From a virus (lineage: Duplodnaviria; Heunggongvirae; Uroviricota; Caudoviricetes), in the IMG/VR virus record IMGVR_UViG_3300032321_001382: DNA of 64,000 bases. The stretch is one strand, 5' to 3'. Position 1 is the first letter of the stretch; every line of letters begins with the position of its first letter. A model generated the notes under the pieces. It worked only from the letters and a program-made list of their open reading frames with translations, was not told the DNA's origin and ran no database searches. Positions 55,148 to 63,967 of this stretch are shown piece by piece. Both the position numbers and the translations under genes were made by a program.

Positions 55148-57772
55148 ATGAGTAAATATAGAAATTTTGCACCTTCAAGATTTGTACCAGTAGAAGAACC
55201 TGCTGTTTTTGATGATTATATTGACAATACTTATGAATTACAAGTAGCTCAAGCTAATACCTATGCACAAGAACTTGCTAACCAACAAGCAGCACAATTA
55301 GCTTACGAACAAAGAGTGGCAGCTGAAGCTGAAGCCGCAGCAGCGGAAAATCTAAGATTAGAACAAGAGTTAATAAACATAATTGCGGAAAGACAAAGAC
55401 GAGCCGAACTTCAAGCAGCAATTGATGCACAAGCTGCAAGAGATGCACAAGCCATTAGAGATGCACAAGCCGCAGAGGCGGCTCGACAATATCAAATGTA
55501 TATTACTCAGCTAGCTTTAGCCGCAGCAGCAGCAAAAGCAGAGGCTGATAGGATTGCCGCCGCAGATAGAGCCGCAGCGTTAGCAGCAGAAAAAGCAGCA
55601 GCAGATAAGATAGCAGCCGAAATAGCCGCAGCCGCAGCAAAGGCAGCTGCCGATAAAAAAGCAGCCGATGAAGCAGCCGCAGCCGCAAAAGTAATTGCTG
55701 ATAAGAAAGCAGCCGATGATGCAGCCGCAGCAAAAGCAGCAGCTGATAAACTAGCAGCCGATTTATTAGCAGAAGAAGTTGCCTTAGCAAAAACAATTGC
55801 AGATAGAAAAGCAAGAATAGATGCCGCAGCCGCAGCAAAAGTAATTGCTGATAAGATAGCAGCTGATGAAGCAGCAGCCGCAGCCGCAAAAATCATTGCT
55901 GATAAAAAGGCAGCAGATGAAGCAGCCGCCGCTGCAAAAGTTATCGCCGATAAGAAAGCAGCAGATGAAGCAGCCGCCGCAAAAGTGATTGCCGATAAAC
56001 TAGCAGCTGATTTGTTAGCAGCACAACTTGCAGCAGAACAAGCTGCAATAGATAAAGCTGATGCTCTTAAAGCAGCTACAGCCGCTGCAGCAAAGTTATT
56101 AGCAGCAGAAAAAGCAGCATGGGTTAGATATGAATGTCCAGATGGATTTACTTTAGATGCTAATAATCAATGCGTTGCAATTGTGGTTTGCAATGTAGAT
56201 TATACATGGAATGGCACTGATTGTGTAAAATATGATGCTACAATTACATATACTTGCCCTTCGGGATATAGTTTAGGCACTGACAATAAATGCAAGGCTG
56301 ACTTTACTTGTGCAGCAACAGATACTTGGAATGGTGAGAAATGCGTGCCTTATGTAAAACCAGATTATGTTAGATATATCTGTGATTTGGCTGGATACGT
56401 TATGGATGCTAATGGAAAATGTGTTAAAGATGTTACTTGTGCAGATGGATTTACTTTTGATGGGAAAGAGTGTGTAAAATTCACACAAGTATGGATACCA
56501 GATTTAGTTTGCGATACTGGGTTTACTATGAACAAGGATGGCAAATGCGTTAAAGATGTAACTTGTAAAGATGGGGAAACTTTCGATGGCGAAAAGTGTA
56601 TCAAATATGTTATTCCCGATTATACAAGATATGTTTGTGATGTTGCTGGATATACAATGGATGCTAATGGTAAATGCGTTAAAGAAATCACTTGCAAAGA
56701 TGATGAAACTTTTGATGGAAAGGCTTGTGTTAAATTTGTAAAAGTTTGGACTCCGAATCTTGTTTGCGATGCTGGTTATACTCTTTTACCTGAATTAATG
56801 TTGAGTGGAAGGGTCTATCAAGAAGCTAAATGTGTTAAAGACGTAACTTGTAAAGAGGGTGAAACCTTTGATGGAGAAAAATGTATCAAATATGTAATTC
56901 CTGATTATACAAGATATGTTTGTGATGAAGGATATACAATGGATGCTAATGGCAAATGTGTTAAAGAAATCACTTGTGCAGATGATGAAACTTTTGATGG
57001 AAAGGCTTGTGTTAAATTCGTAAAAGTTTGGACCGCCAATCTTGTTTGTGATGAAGGATACACAATGAACAAAGATGGTAAATGTGTTAAAGATGTAGTT
57101 TGTAAAGATGGATATACTTTTGATGGAGAGAAATGTATTGAATATGTAGTTCCAGCTTATACAAGATATGTATGTGATGAAGGATATATACTAAATATTG
57201 ATAATAAATGCGTAAAAGAGGTTGCTTGCGCAGATGGATTTACATTTGATGGTAAAGAGTGTGTTAAATATACCGCCGTATGGACTGCTAATCTTGTTTG
57301 CGATGAGGGATATACAATGAACAAAGATGGTAAATGTGTTAAAGATGTCACTTGTAAAGATGGATATACTTTTGATGGAGAGAAATGTATTGAATATGTA
57401 GTTCCAGCTTATACAAGATATGTATGCGATGAAGGATATACATTAGATGCTGACAACGATTGTGTTAAAGAAGTAACTTGTGACGATGATTACACTTGGG
57501 ATGGAAAAAAATGTGTTGAATATATTTCTGATGCAAAATGCAAGGAGGGATACACTTGGGATGGCAAAGATTGTATTGCTTGTCCAGAAGGATTTGCGTT
57601 TAATGATGATTTAGAGTGCGTAGAAACTATAGAAACAACAACATCTACTTGCCCAGATGGGTATGAATTTAATAAAGAGGGTAAATGTATTAAAAGTACA
57701 ACAACAATAATACTCACTTGCCCAGACAATTATGTATTGGCTGATGATAAATTATGTTACCCTAAAAAATAA
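55148..57772 (+). CDS. 874-aa surface protein: Ala-rich coiled coil plus about 12 tandem Cys-containing repeats of roughly 40 aa
   Basis: Residues about 20-320 are AAADK(K/I)AADEAAAAAKVIADKKAAD heptad-like repeats. Residues about 330-874 are repeats of the type Y(T/V)RYVCDEGYTMDANGKCVKE(I/V)TC.DG.TFDG.KC(V/I).(F/Y)V with near-identical DNA copies. Confidence 0.75.
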   Translation: MSKYRNFAPSRFVPVEEPAVFDDYIDNTYELQVAQANTYAQELANQQAAQLAYEQRVAAEAEAAAAENLRLEQELINIIAERQRRAELQAAIDAQAARDAQAIRDAQAAEAARQYQMYITQLALAAAAAKAEADRIAAADRAAALAAEKAAADKIAAEIAAAAAKAAADKKAADEAAAAAKVIADKKAADDAAAAKAAADKLAADLLAEEVALAKTIADRKARIDAAAAAKVIADKIAADEAAAAAAKIIADKKAADEAAAAAKVIADKKAADEAAAAKVIADKLAADLLAAQLAAEQAAIDKADALKAATAAAAKLLAAEKAAWVRYECPDGFTLDANNQCVAIVVCNVDYTWNGTDCVKYDATITYTCPSGYSLGTDNKCKADFTCAATDTWNGEKCVPYVKPDYVRYICDLAGYVMDANGKCVKDVTCADGFTFDGKECVKFTQVWIPDLVCDTGFTMNKDGKCVKDVTCKDGETFDGEKCIKYVIPDYTRYVCDVAGYTMDANGKCVKEITCKDDETFDGKACVKFVKVWTPNLVCDAGYTLLPELMLSGRVYQEAKCVKDVTCKEGETFDGEKCIKYVIPDYTRYVCDEGYTMDANGKCVKEITCADDETFDGKACVKFVKVWTANLVCDEGYTMNKDGKCVKDVVCKDGYTFDGEKCIEYVVPAYTRYVCDEGYILNIDNKCVKEVACADGFTFDGKECVKYTAVWTANLVCDEGYTMNKDGKCVKDVTCKDGYTFDGEKCIEYVVPAYTRYVCDEGYTLDADNDCVKEVTCDDDYTWDGKKCVEYISDAKCKEGYTWDGKDCIACPEGFAFNDDLECVETIETTTSTCPDGYEFNKEGKCIKSTTTIILTCPDNYVLADDKLCYPKK

Positions 57773-57779
57773 TTAATAT

Positions 57780-59012
57780 ATGTTACCAATAATAATAGCG
57801 GCAGCTGCAGTAGGAGCTGCAATGGTTTCTTCAAATAAATCTATAGCTAAACAAGTAATAAGCAAAGACCCAATTATAGACCCGATTCCAGACCCGATTC
57901 CAGACCCGATTCCAGACCCAATTATAGACCCGATTCCAGACCCGATTCCAGACCCGATTCCAGACCCTATTCCAGACCCAATTCCAGACCCAATTATAGA
58001 CCCAATTATTGGCACTAAACCAATTGATTTAGAATCTATTACAACAGATATAGTTGATGCAACTACGAGCAAATCATCTACGACCAAAAAGGGTTCTGTT
58101 GTTATTGGTGCATTAGACAAAGGCTCTTTTGGAAAAGTTAAGAAAGGTTCTTTAATTATACCTCCTCTAGATAAGGGCGAATTTGTTCCAGATAAACCAA
58201 AACTTAAAGGTTCATTAATTATACCTCCTTTAGATAAGGGAAGTTATGGCGCTCCTAGGAAAAAGGGTTCATTAATTATACCTCCTTTAGATAAGGGCGA
58301 ATTTGTTCCAGACCCTCCAAAGTTAAAGGGTTCTGTTATTGTTCTTCCACTAGACAAGGGTTCATATAATACCGCTAAAAAGAAAGGCAGTGTTTATGTA
58401 GCTCCATTAGATAAGGGAGAATTCGTTGCAGACAAACCAGTCTTAAAAGGTTCTGTTATTGTTCTTCCATTAGATAAAGGTTCATACAATACTGCTACAA
58501 AAAAGGGTAGTGTTTATGTAGCTCCATTAGACAAGGGTGAATTTGTTCCAGATAAACCAGTCTTAAAAGGTTCTGTTATTGTTCTTCCACTAGATAAGGG
58601 AGTATATACAAAACCGAAATTAAAAGGTTCTATTCAAGTTGGTGCATTAGATAAAGGAGAGTTTGTTTCAACTAGAGTGCCAGTTGGAACTATTATACAA
58701 TTACCAGTAATAACCAATCCTCCAGCTAGAGTAAAAACTGGTTCAGTGATTATTCCTCCATTAGACAAAGGAGAATTTGGAGCAGCATCAACTGGTGCAA
58801 CCACTGGTGGTGTTAGTGGTGGAGGCGGTGGTGGTGGAACTAGTGGTGGTGGATGGAGTGGTGGTGGCACTGCGGGCGGAGGTGGATTTGGTGGTGGAGG
58901 TGGAAGTTCATTCGTATTCGATTGGATTTGGTTTCCAACATCAAGTGGAAGAAAAGGTTCTATTGAAATTGGCGAATTAACTGGAGAATTTGATAAAGCA
59001 GAACAAAAATAA
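57780..59012 (+). CDS. 410-aa N-terminally anchored repeat protein: (DPIP)n tract, ten KGS(L/V)I(I/V)(P/L)PLDKG(E/S)(F/Y)... repeats, Gly-rich tail
   Basis: MLPIIIAAAAVGAAMVSS anchor. There are about 12 copies of a 12-bp unit encoding DPIP, then tandem repeats of roughly 22 aa with diverged DNA, then GGVSGGGGGGGTSGGGWSGGGTAGGGGFGGGGG. Confidence 0.7.
   Translation: MLPIIIAAAAVGAAMVSSNKSIAKQVISKDPIIDPIPDPIPDPIPDPIIDPIPDPIPDPIPDPIPDPIPDPIIDPIIGTKPIDLESITTDIVDATTSKSSTTKKGSVVIGALDKGSFGKVKKGSLIIPPLDKGEFVPDKPKLKGSLIIPPLDKGSYGAPRKKGSLIIPPLDKGEFVPDPPKLKGSVIVLPLDKGSYNTAKKKGSVYVAPLDKGEFVADKPVLKGSVIVLPLDKGSYNTATKKGSVYVAPLDKGEFVPDKPVLKGSVIVLPLDKGVYTKPKLKGSIQVGALDKGEFVSTRVPVGTIIQLPVITNPPARVKTGSVIIPPLDKGEFGAASTGATTGGVSGGGGGGGTSGGGWSGGGTAGGGGFGGGGGSSFVFDWIWFPTSSGRKGSIEIGELTGEFDKAEQK
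57867..58010 (+). repeat. 12-bp tandem repeat (gacccgattcca, DPIP) x12
   Basis: Direct reading of 57867-58010; variants use gacccaatt / gaccctatt. Confidence 0.8.
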
Positions 59013-59417
59013 ATGATAAATAAAACAAATACATTAATAGGGTTAGGTCTAATAGGCTTAACATACTTATTTATTAAAAAAAATAAAAAGGCAAGTTTTA
59101 TGGGGATAAATGATACTTTTGAGGGGTTTTCAAAGATAAGAGGAGAGGGTGCTTCAAAAATAGCAGATAATGCTAAAGAAAAAGGTGGTTTGTCTATATT
59201 GACATATTATCACTTTGTAGTAAAAGAGCCTTATTACAAAAAAGCACAAGAAGGAAAACTAGATTTAGTAAAATCTAAAAAAGAATTGAAACAATTAGTT
59301 GAAGAATTATACCAAGGTATTAATGATATGAGTATTAAACAAATAGCATTTCAGAAATTAGTTGGTAAAATTGAGGTTCTAGGGGAATTATTGATAGAGG
59401 ACAAAGAAGTATCATGA
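59013..59417 (+). CDS. N-terminally anchored hypothetical protein
   Basis: 134 aa; TLIGLGLIGLTYLFIKK TM. Confidence 0.5.
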   Translation: MINKTNTLIGLGLIGLTYLFIKKNKKASFMGINDTFEGFSKIRGEGASKIADNAKEKGGLSILTYYHFVVKEPYYKKAQEGKLDLVKSKKELKQLVEELYQGINDMSIKQIAFQKLVGKIEVLGELLIEDKEVS

Positions 59418-59601
59418 AAGAGACATTAAGTAAAAATTTAAAGCCAATAATAGTCGTAATGGGCATAATTGTATTGGTTTTAATAGCAAAAAAGGTAATA
59501 AATGAAAAAAATTAAAGTAACATTAGGCTTGTTGTTAAGTGGAATAGTTGGATACTTAATATGGAAACCTAAAAATACAATAGAGAAAGTAAGCGAAAAA
59601 A

Positions 59602-60018
59602 ATGGATATACAACCAAAGAAGAAACTAATTGATAGACTAAATACTGGTGATATATTATATACTTCTTGTTCTGACTATCCAATTTGCTACCATCTAGGA
59701 ATAGTAGTAAATGATGAAAAAGGGAAAAGGATATATCACAATTCGCCAGAGAACAAAAATAGGTTTGGTGGAAGCATAGTTTGCGAAAGCTATGATACCT
59801 TTACCAAAAATAGACAAGTTCTCAAGATTATAGAAAGTAAAGTTTCTAAAGAGAAAATAATTGAAGTGTCTCGCAAGTGTAAGAAAGAAACTTGGGATAC
59901 ATTCTTTTTTAATTGTGAAGACTATGTACTAGAAATAGTAGATGGTCATAGAAGGTCGGACTTGAGGGATACTTTTAAAATAGCAGCATTAGGAATATTA
60001 ATTATAGTTTTTATATAA
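59602..60018 (+). CDS. LRAT/NlpC-P60-like permuted papain-fold protein
   Basis: 138 aa; YHLGIVV (His box) and FNCEDYV (NCEHF-like Cys box) in LRAT order; C-terminal TM AALGILIIVFI. Confidence 0.45.
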   Translation: MDIQPKKKLIDRLNTGDILYTSCSDYPICYHLGIVVNDEKGKRIYHNSPENKNRFGGSIVCESYDTFTKNRQVLKIIESKVSKEKIIEVSRKCKKETWDTFFFNCEDYVLEIVDGHRRSDLRDTFKIAALGILIIVFI

Positions 60019-60028
60019 TAACACAAAA

Positions 60029-61627
60029 ATGGCAAACGAGAAAAAAATACAATTATTACTAGCAGCTGGTGTAGGCGCTTTATTGCTATACACCTATTCT
60101 AAATATAATACTTTAAAGAAATTAGGTACACCAACTGGTGGAGGAAATGGTGATGGCACAACTGGTGGTGGTAATACTGGTGGCACTGGTGGTGGCACTG
60201 GTGGTGGCACTGGTGGTGGCACTGGTGGTGGAATTGGTGGTGGCACTGGTGGCACTGGTGGTGGCACTGGTGGTGGCACTGGTGGTGGCACTGGTGGCAC
60301 TGGTGGTGGAATTGGTGGTGGCACTGGTGGTGGAACTGGTGGTGGAACTGGTGGTGGAACTGGTGGTGGTGGAACTGGTGGTACTGGTGGAGGAGGTACT
60401 GGTGGAGGAGGTGGAAATACTGGAAACACTGGAGGTCTTACTTTAAATGATTTAGGTCTTGGAGGAGCTAATGCCGCTGCATTAAAAGCTGCCGCTGATA
60501 AAGCCGCCGCCGCAAAAGCTGCTCTAGCTGCTGCACAAGCTGGTGCGTTAAAATATGCGGCAGATAAAGCTGCTGCAGAAAAGGCTGAAGCAGATAAAGC
60601 TGCTGCTGATAAATTAGCAAACGCAAAAGCACTTGCAGATAAACTATTAGCTGATAAGCTTGCCGCAGAAAAAGCTGCCGCAGAAAAAGCCGAAGCTGAT
60701 AGACTTGCCGCAGAAAAAGCTGCCGCTGACAAGGTTATTGCCGATAGACTTGCCGCAGAAAAAGCCGAAGCTGATAGACTTGCCGCAGAAAAAGCTGTAA
60801 AAGAACAAGCGGCTGCTAAAAAACTTCTACTTGCTAGACAAGCTGAAATAGATTCAGCTAATCTAGCTGCTATAACTTATTCTCAATCTATTGTTGCTGG
60901 TACTGCTCAAAGAATTGCTAATCAAGAAGCAGCACAAGCAACCTATTATGCTTCACAAGATAAATATAATCAAATTCTACAAGCCTTAGCTATTCAAGCT
61001 ATTACAGCTTCTAAAGATGCTGATTCAAATAAAGTGATTGCAGACAAAGCTGCTGCTGATGCTGCTGCTAAAGCTGCTGCTGATGCCGCTGCTAAAAAAG
61101 CCGCTGATGATGCTGCTGCTTTAGCCGAGATTGAAAGAAAAGCTGCCGAAGAAGCTGCTGCTAAAGCTGCGGAAGAAAAAGCAAAAGCAGAAAAAGAAGC
61201 CGCAAAGGGTACTATAATGGACTTTGGTCCATGCTCAAGGGGTGTATTTCGTCAGAATAGTTTTGCGATAATAAATGGTCCAGAAGGTGCCTTGTTCAGT
61301 ATAAGAGCTATAGTACCTACAAAAGATACAGATGAATTATTAGTAAATGAAACGCTTGATGCTAATGGAAGTGTAGATTCTAGAGTAGTTGCTTATAATC
61401 CTGATTTATATAATGTTAAAAAAGCAGCTACTTGGGATGATGCTTGTTTAACTGAAACGACAGATTATAGTGGTTCCACTGGCAGTGGTGGTGGAGGTGG
61501 TGGTAGTTATACAAGTGGGGGTGGTCCTAGATTTGCACCTATAAAAATGGAATTTACATCAAATAAAAGTAAAAAAAGGGTTACAATAGATGTATCAGAA
61601 GGTACATATCAAGGCACAATGAAATAA
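60029..61627 (+). CDS. 532-aa N-terminally anchored protein: (GGGT)n tract, Ala/Lys/Asp coiled coil, globular C-domain
   Basis: Family-like N-terminus MANEKKIQLLLAAGVGALLLYTY. About 70 aa of GGGTGGGTGGT. Then AADKAAAEKAEADKAAADK(L/V)(A/I)..K heptads. Confidence 0.7.
   Translation: MANEKKIQLLLAAGVGALLLYTYSKYNTLKKLGTPTGGGNGDGTTGGGNTGGTGGGTGGGTGGGTGGGIGGGTGGTGGGTGGGTGGGTGGTGGGIGGGTGGGTGGGTGGGTGGGGTGGTGGGGTGGGGGNTGNTGGLTLNDLGLGGANAAALKAAADKAAAAKAALAAAQAGALKYAADKAAAEKAEADKAAADKLANAKALADKLLADKLAAEKAAAEKAEADRLAAEKAAADKVIADRLAAEKAEADRLAAEKAVKEQAAAKKLLLARQAEIDSANLAAITYSQSIVAGTAQRIANQEAAQATYYASQDKYNQILQALAIQAITASKDADSNKVIADKAAADAAAKAAADAAAKKAADDAAALAEIERKAAEEAAAKAAEEKAKAEKEAAKGTIMDFGPCSRGVFRQNSFAIINGPEGALFSIRAIVPTKDTDELLVNETLDANGSVDSRVVAYNPDLYNVKKAATWDDACLTETTDYSGSTGSGGGGGGSYTSGGGPRFAPIKMEFTSNKSKKRVTIDVSEGTYQGTMK
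60135..60440 (+). repeat. 12-bp tandem repeat (ggtggtggcact and variants) encoding (GGGT)n
   Basis: Direct reading; the antisense strand yields spurious PPPVPPPV ORFs. Confidence 0.8.
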
Positions 61628-61650
61628 TAAAATATATTTAAAACACAAAT

Positions 61651-63375
61651 ATGGAAAAAAACACAAAAATTTTAATAGGAGCTGGTGCATTAGCATTAGC
61701 CTATTATTTATATAATGCAAGTAAAGCTACGGCAGCTGTTACTCCAATTGGCACAATGCCAATGCCAATGCCACCAGTAGTTACAACCCCAGTGGCTCCA
61801 GTGGTTACAACTCCAGTGGTTCCAGTGGTTACAACTCCAGTGGTTCCAGTGGTTACAACCCCAGATACAAATAGTGTATTTACACCTTCTTGGGTTACAA
61901 CTCCAGTGGTTACAACTCCTGATACAGTTCCAGTAACTGGTTGGATTTGTCCAGATGGCAGTTATCAACAAGATTGGGTTTACGAAAAAGCTTGTGCTGG
62001 GCATAGTTTAGCAGATAAAGTTGTTGCAGATAAAGTGGTTCCAGTAACTGGTTGGATTTGTCCAGATGGCAGTTATCAACAAGATTGGGTTTACGAAAAA
62101 GCTTGTGCTGGGCATAGTTTAGCAGATAAAGTTGTTGCAGATAAAGTGGTTCCACCTGATGTTTATATTAATGATGTTACAGCTAAAGCTAAAGCAAGAG
62201 AAGAGGCAATAGCCGCTCAAATTGCCGCCGATGAAGCTGCTGCTTTTTTTGCACAAGAAGAAATAGATAGACTTGAATCAGCTCGACTTTACGAAGAAGA
62301 AAGCGCTCGTATGAGAGCTAGGGATAAAGCTAACCAATTAGCTTATCAAACATACTTAGCAGAAATAGCCGCAAAAACTGCTGCTGACAAAGCTGCTAGT
62401 GATAAAATCATTGCCGAGAGAATAGCCGCAGATAAAAAAAATGCTGATGAATTTGCTGCTCAAGAGGCTGCTAGACAAAAAGCTTACAATGATTATATAA
62501 AATCTACACAAACTTGTCCAGAATTCTATGAGTATTCTGTAACAGAAAATAGATGTGTGTCTTCTTATAGTATACAAAATGATAAAGTAACAGCATTAGC
62601 TAAACAAGGACAAGGTTTTATCATGCGTGATATGAATAGAAGAGACCCACAAGTAACCTTAGTTAAGACTTGTCCAGCTGGATATGTAGCTACTTATGAA
62701 AAAGTAATAGGTGAAGGCGCTCCTCAATATATGAAAGATATTAATTGTAGAGCTGCATCTTCTTTAAGCTATCAAGAATTAGAATTACAAGCTAGGTTAG
62801 ATGCTGGTATGGCTCAAACTTCAGATGGAAATTGGCATCTTACTGCCGCTGCTGCTGCTACTGCACAATCTAAAATAGATGCCACAAATGCTGCCGCAGC
62901 TAAACTTGCATTATATACACCTAGACAAAATAATATTAATAACAATATATGTGCAGTTGGTACTGATGGATGGATTAATAACCCTTATTCCACAACAAAT
63001 TTTTCATTGAGTGAATATATTGGTAGATTCAAAGTAACAGCAAGTGAATTAACTACAGCAAGAGCTAGTTGTCCAAATTCAGTATATTCATCAGGCAGAA
63101 TAGCAAATGGTGCTTCAAAAGCATATTTAAGTGAAACTGAAAAAGTTGATATTGATAATAAATTAGGTTATAAACCTTATGAAGCACCAATTACATCAGG
63201 CGCTACAACGGGAGGTAATGTAATGACAGAACCTACAACAAAACCTTGTACACTTATATATTCAAATTGTAATCTTCCGCAAAGATATGAAACAATACAA
63301 ATACCATGGAATGCAGATTGTAGCACATATCAACCACCACTGCCTATGTGCGCACCACCACAACAATGGATTTAA
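61651..63375 (+). CDS. 574-aa signal-anchor paralog with (PVVTT)n tract, duplicated 37-aa Cys module and coiled coil
   Basis: N-terminal MEKNTKILIGAGALALAYYLYN family motif. There is a 30-bp tandem PVVTTPVVPVV repeat and a perfect 111-bp tandem duplication encoding VPVTGWICPDGSYQQDWVYEKACAGHSLADKVVADKV. Confidence 0.7.
   Translation: MEKNTKILIGAGALALAYYLYNASKATAAVTPIGTMPMPMPPVVTTPVAPVVTTPVVPVVTTPVVPVVTTPDTNSVFTPSWVTTPVVTTPDTVPVTGWICPDGSYQQDWVYEKACAGHSLADKVVADKVVPVTGWICPDGSYQQDWVYEKACAGHSLADKVVADKVVPPDVYINDVTAKAKAREEAIAAQIAADEAAAFFAQEEIDRLESARLYEEESARMRARDKANQLAYQTYLAEIAAKTAADKAASDKIIAERIAADKKNADEFAAQEAARQKAYNDYIKSTQTCPEFYEYSVTENRCVSSYSIQNDKVTALAKQGQGFIMRDMNRRDPQVTLVKTCPAGYVATYEKVIGEGAPQYMKDINCRAASSLSYQELELQARLDAGMAQTSDGNWHLTAAAAATAQSKIDATNAAAAKLALYTPRQNNINNNICAVGTDGWINNPYSTTNFSLSEYIGRFKVTASELTTARASCPNSVYSSGRIANGASKAYLSETEKVDIDNKLGYKPYEAPITSGATTGGNVMTEPTTKPCTLIYSNCNLPQRYETIQIPWNADCSTYQPPLPMCAPPQQWI
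61927..62148 (+). repeat. perfect 111-bp tandem duplication (2 copies) inside the coding sequence
   Basis: ccagtaactggttggatttgtccagatggcagttatcaacaagattgggtttacgaaaaagcttgtgctgggcatagtttagcagataaagttgttgcagataaagtggtt occurs at 61930 and again at 62041 with no mismatch. Confidence 0.85.
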
Positions 63376-63403
63376 ATAAATAAAAACAAAAAAGTAAATA
63401 AAA

Positions 63404-63967
63404 ATGGAATCAAAAACAAAAAAAATATTAATTACAACTGGTATAATAGGTGCTCTTAGTTTTGTAGCATATAAGTTATTAGCTAAAGGAAATAATATAT
63501 TACCAACAAATTCGAGTTCTTCACCAATACCTCCTTCAACAGAAGGAACAATGCAAGCACCTCCTATTGAGGATATATCAATTTATAGTGATAGCGAAAT
63601 AAAGGCTGCCGCTGATAAAGCTGCCGCTGCTATCGCTGCAAATAATGGTATTAAATACACTTCAGCAGAATTAGCGGATTTATTACAACAAGACTTCAAT
63701 GGTAATGGTACAAATTGGGCTGCTGGTTCACATGGTGGTGTAGTTGGTGTTCTTTTGCAATTAAATTCTGATGCAGACTTTGATAGTTTAAATACTGCCT
63801 ATGGAGTTAGAACTATTAAAGCTGGTATATTAAAGAGTTTATTTACAAAACCCTATGTGGGAGATATGAATGGAGCCTTTAATAGTGAACTTACTCAAAA
63901 AGAAATAGCTTCTGCTAATGAAATTTTAAGTAAAAAAGGTGTTACTAGACGTATAACTATTATTTAA
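63404..63967 (+). CDS. signal-anchor paralog family member (MESKTKKILITTGIIGALSFVAYKLL)
   Basis: 187 aa with the family N-terminal motif. Confidence 0.6.
   Translation: MESKTKKILITTGIIGALSFVAYKLLAKGNNILPTNSSSSPIPPSTEGTMQAPPIEDISIYSDSEIKAAADKAAAAIAANNGIKYTSAELADLLQQDFNGNGTNWAAGSHGGVVGVLLQLNSDADFDSLNTAYGVRTIKAGILKSLFTKPYVGDMNGAFNSELTQKEIASANEILSKKGVTRRITII

Noticed and set aside
55503-55896. Two minus-strand ORFs with poly-Leu/Arg or poly-Ala translations inside 55148..57772
   Set aside because: Antisense of the Ala/Lys coiled-coil repeat (GCAGCC codons).
57867-60440. Possible CRISPR arrays at the 12-bp tandem repeats
   Set aside because: The repeats are 12-bp, in-frame and contiguous, with no spacers. 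They encode DPIP and GGGT peptides inside long ORFs.
60094-60732. Minus-strand 212-aa Ala/Pro-rich ORF and + strand 60138..60446 Val/Leu-rich ORF
   Set aside because: Antisense or alternative frame of the (GGGT)n and Ala-rich repeats of 60029..61627.
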